DNA of 63,577 nt, the filler included, from Octopus bimaculoides (lineage: Eukaryota): the NCBI RefSeq assembly GCF_001194135.2. It is 9 parts of 8 records of this genome, joined end to end, with 100 filler letters (N's around TTAATTAATTAA, not from the genome) between each part and the next. Parts side by side here need not be neighbours in the genome. Positions count along the whole stretch, not along the records: positions 59,251 to 63,577 come from NC_068997.1; 8 more parts are not named here. The stretch is one strand, 5' to 3'. The notes under the pieces were generated by a model that saw only the letters and a program-made list of their open reading frames with translations, did not search any database and had not been told where the DNA came from. Both the position numbers and the translations under genes were made by a program. This document shows, piece after piece, positions 62,746 to 63,577 of the stretch (position 1 is its first letter; every line of letters starts with the position of its first letter).

Positions 62746-63577
62746 AGTAACAAGTTAAATTGTATTTTCTTTATATAGTGATAATTTCAACTGAAATTTT
62801 TATAACTGTTATTTAGTTGGAACTGTACCAAAGATAGGATCTGTTGTTACAATAACGATGTATGAGTGGGATCAATCACAACTATGTTGCTCTGGCTTCT
62901 TATCTATCCCAATAAAATCCCAATAAACGATAGAAAACATCTCAAAAACCATACAGTGCACAAATGTGTGTTGAAATAGTTTCCTTAATCTTCGGAAATG
63001 TATGAAAGTCAAAATATAACATTGAAGTCTTTCATAAAGCATAATGCCACACGGTTCAGTAGAGGAAAAATGAGATTAGCCTTTAGAAAATAATGTTGTA
63101 AACGTAGTTGTGGATGATACAATTTGTACAATTTGTAGTAAGATTTGATGCCTTAGAAAATCGATGAACGTAATGAAATTGAGTGACTTCTTGGTTAAGC
63201 AGATTTTACAACTCAAATATGAAATAAAGGAGCCAGGCGAGTTAATTTTTTCGACAACAATAGTATACTATTACCTTTTGCAGGAAATATGCTGGAATTT
63301 AGGAGAAAATGCACCACGCAGGCAAATGAAGAAATGGAAGCCGGTTGAATGAAGAAAAGAAAAGAATTCTAGAAAGTCTATCACATCATTATAAGTTCTT
63401 TAAGAAAGAACTTAACGTCATTATATACATTTAGAACAACGTCAATTAAATCCAAAGAAGTGTTCAGGTATGAATAAAATATATATGACACTTTTTCTTA
63501 TTACATTACTAACGTTACACATACAGCCATATAAAGAAGACGCTAAAAAAATCACAACTATTCTCATCATATATATA

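Overview
AT-rich, gap-ridden animal genomic DNA, roughly a fifth of it N. It is dominated by microsatellites and dozens of tRNA-derived SINE copies from at least 4-5 families. The repeat landscape and gene content point to a coleoid cephalopod, most likely Octopus (inference). Two protein-coding genes are well supported. (1) The last two exons (413-682 and 4193-4732, + strand) of a zona-pellucida (ZP) module protein resembling molluscan vitelline-envelope VEZP/VERL proteins; the ORF track only shows these as junk-prefixed ORFs. (2) An intact, single-coding-exon, highly divergent rhodopsin-class 7TM receptor (61810-62697, - strand). Between them lie decayed mobile elements: DD37D, Tc1, mariner and pogo-type DNA transposons/MITEs, a MER1-like hAT MITE with an amplified subterminal minisatellite, CR1-like and R4/Dong-like LINE fragments, Penelope-like fragments with degenerate minimal hammerhead-ribozyme-like motifs, Helitron-like termini and several foldback structures. 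Almost all other ORFs in the track are microsatellite or N-gap artefacts. No CRISPR array, rRNA or bona fide tRNA gene was seen. No unambiguous new biological system was found; the best leads are listed under findings.
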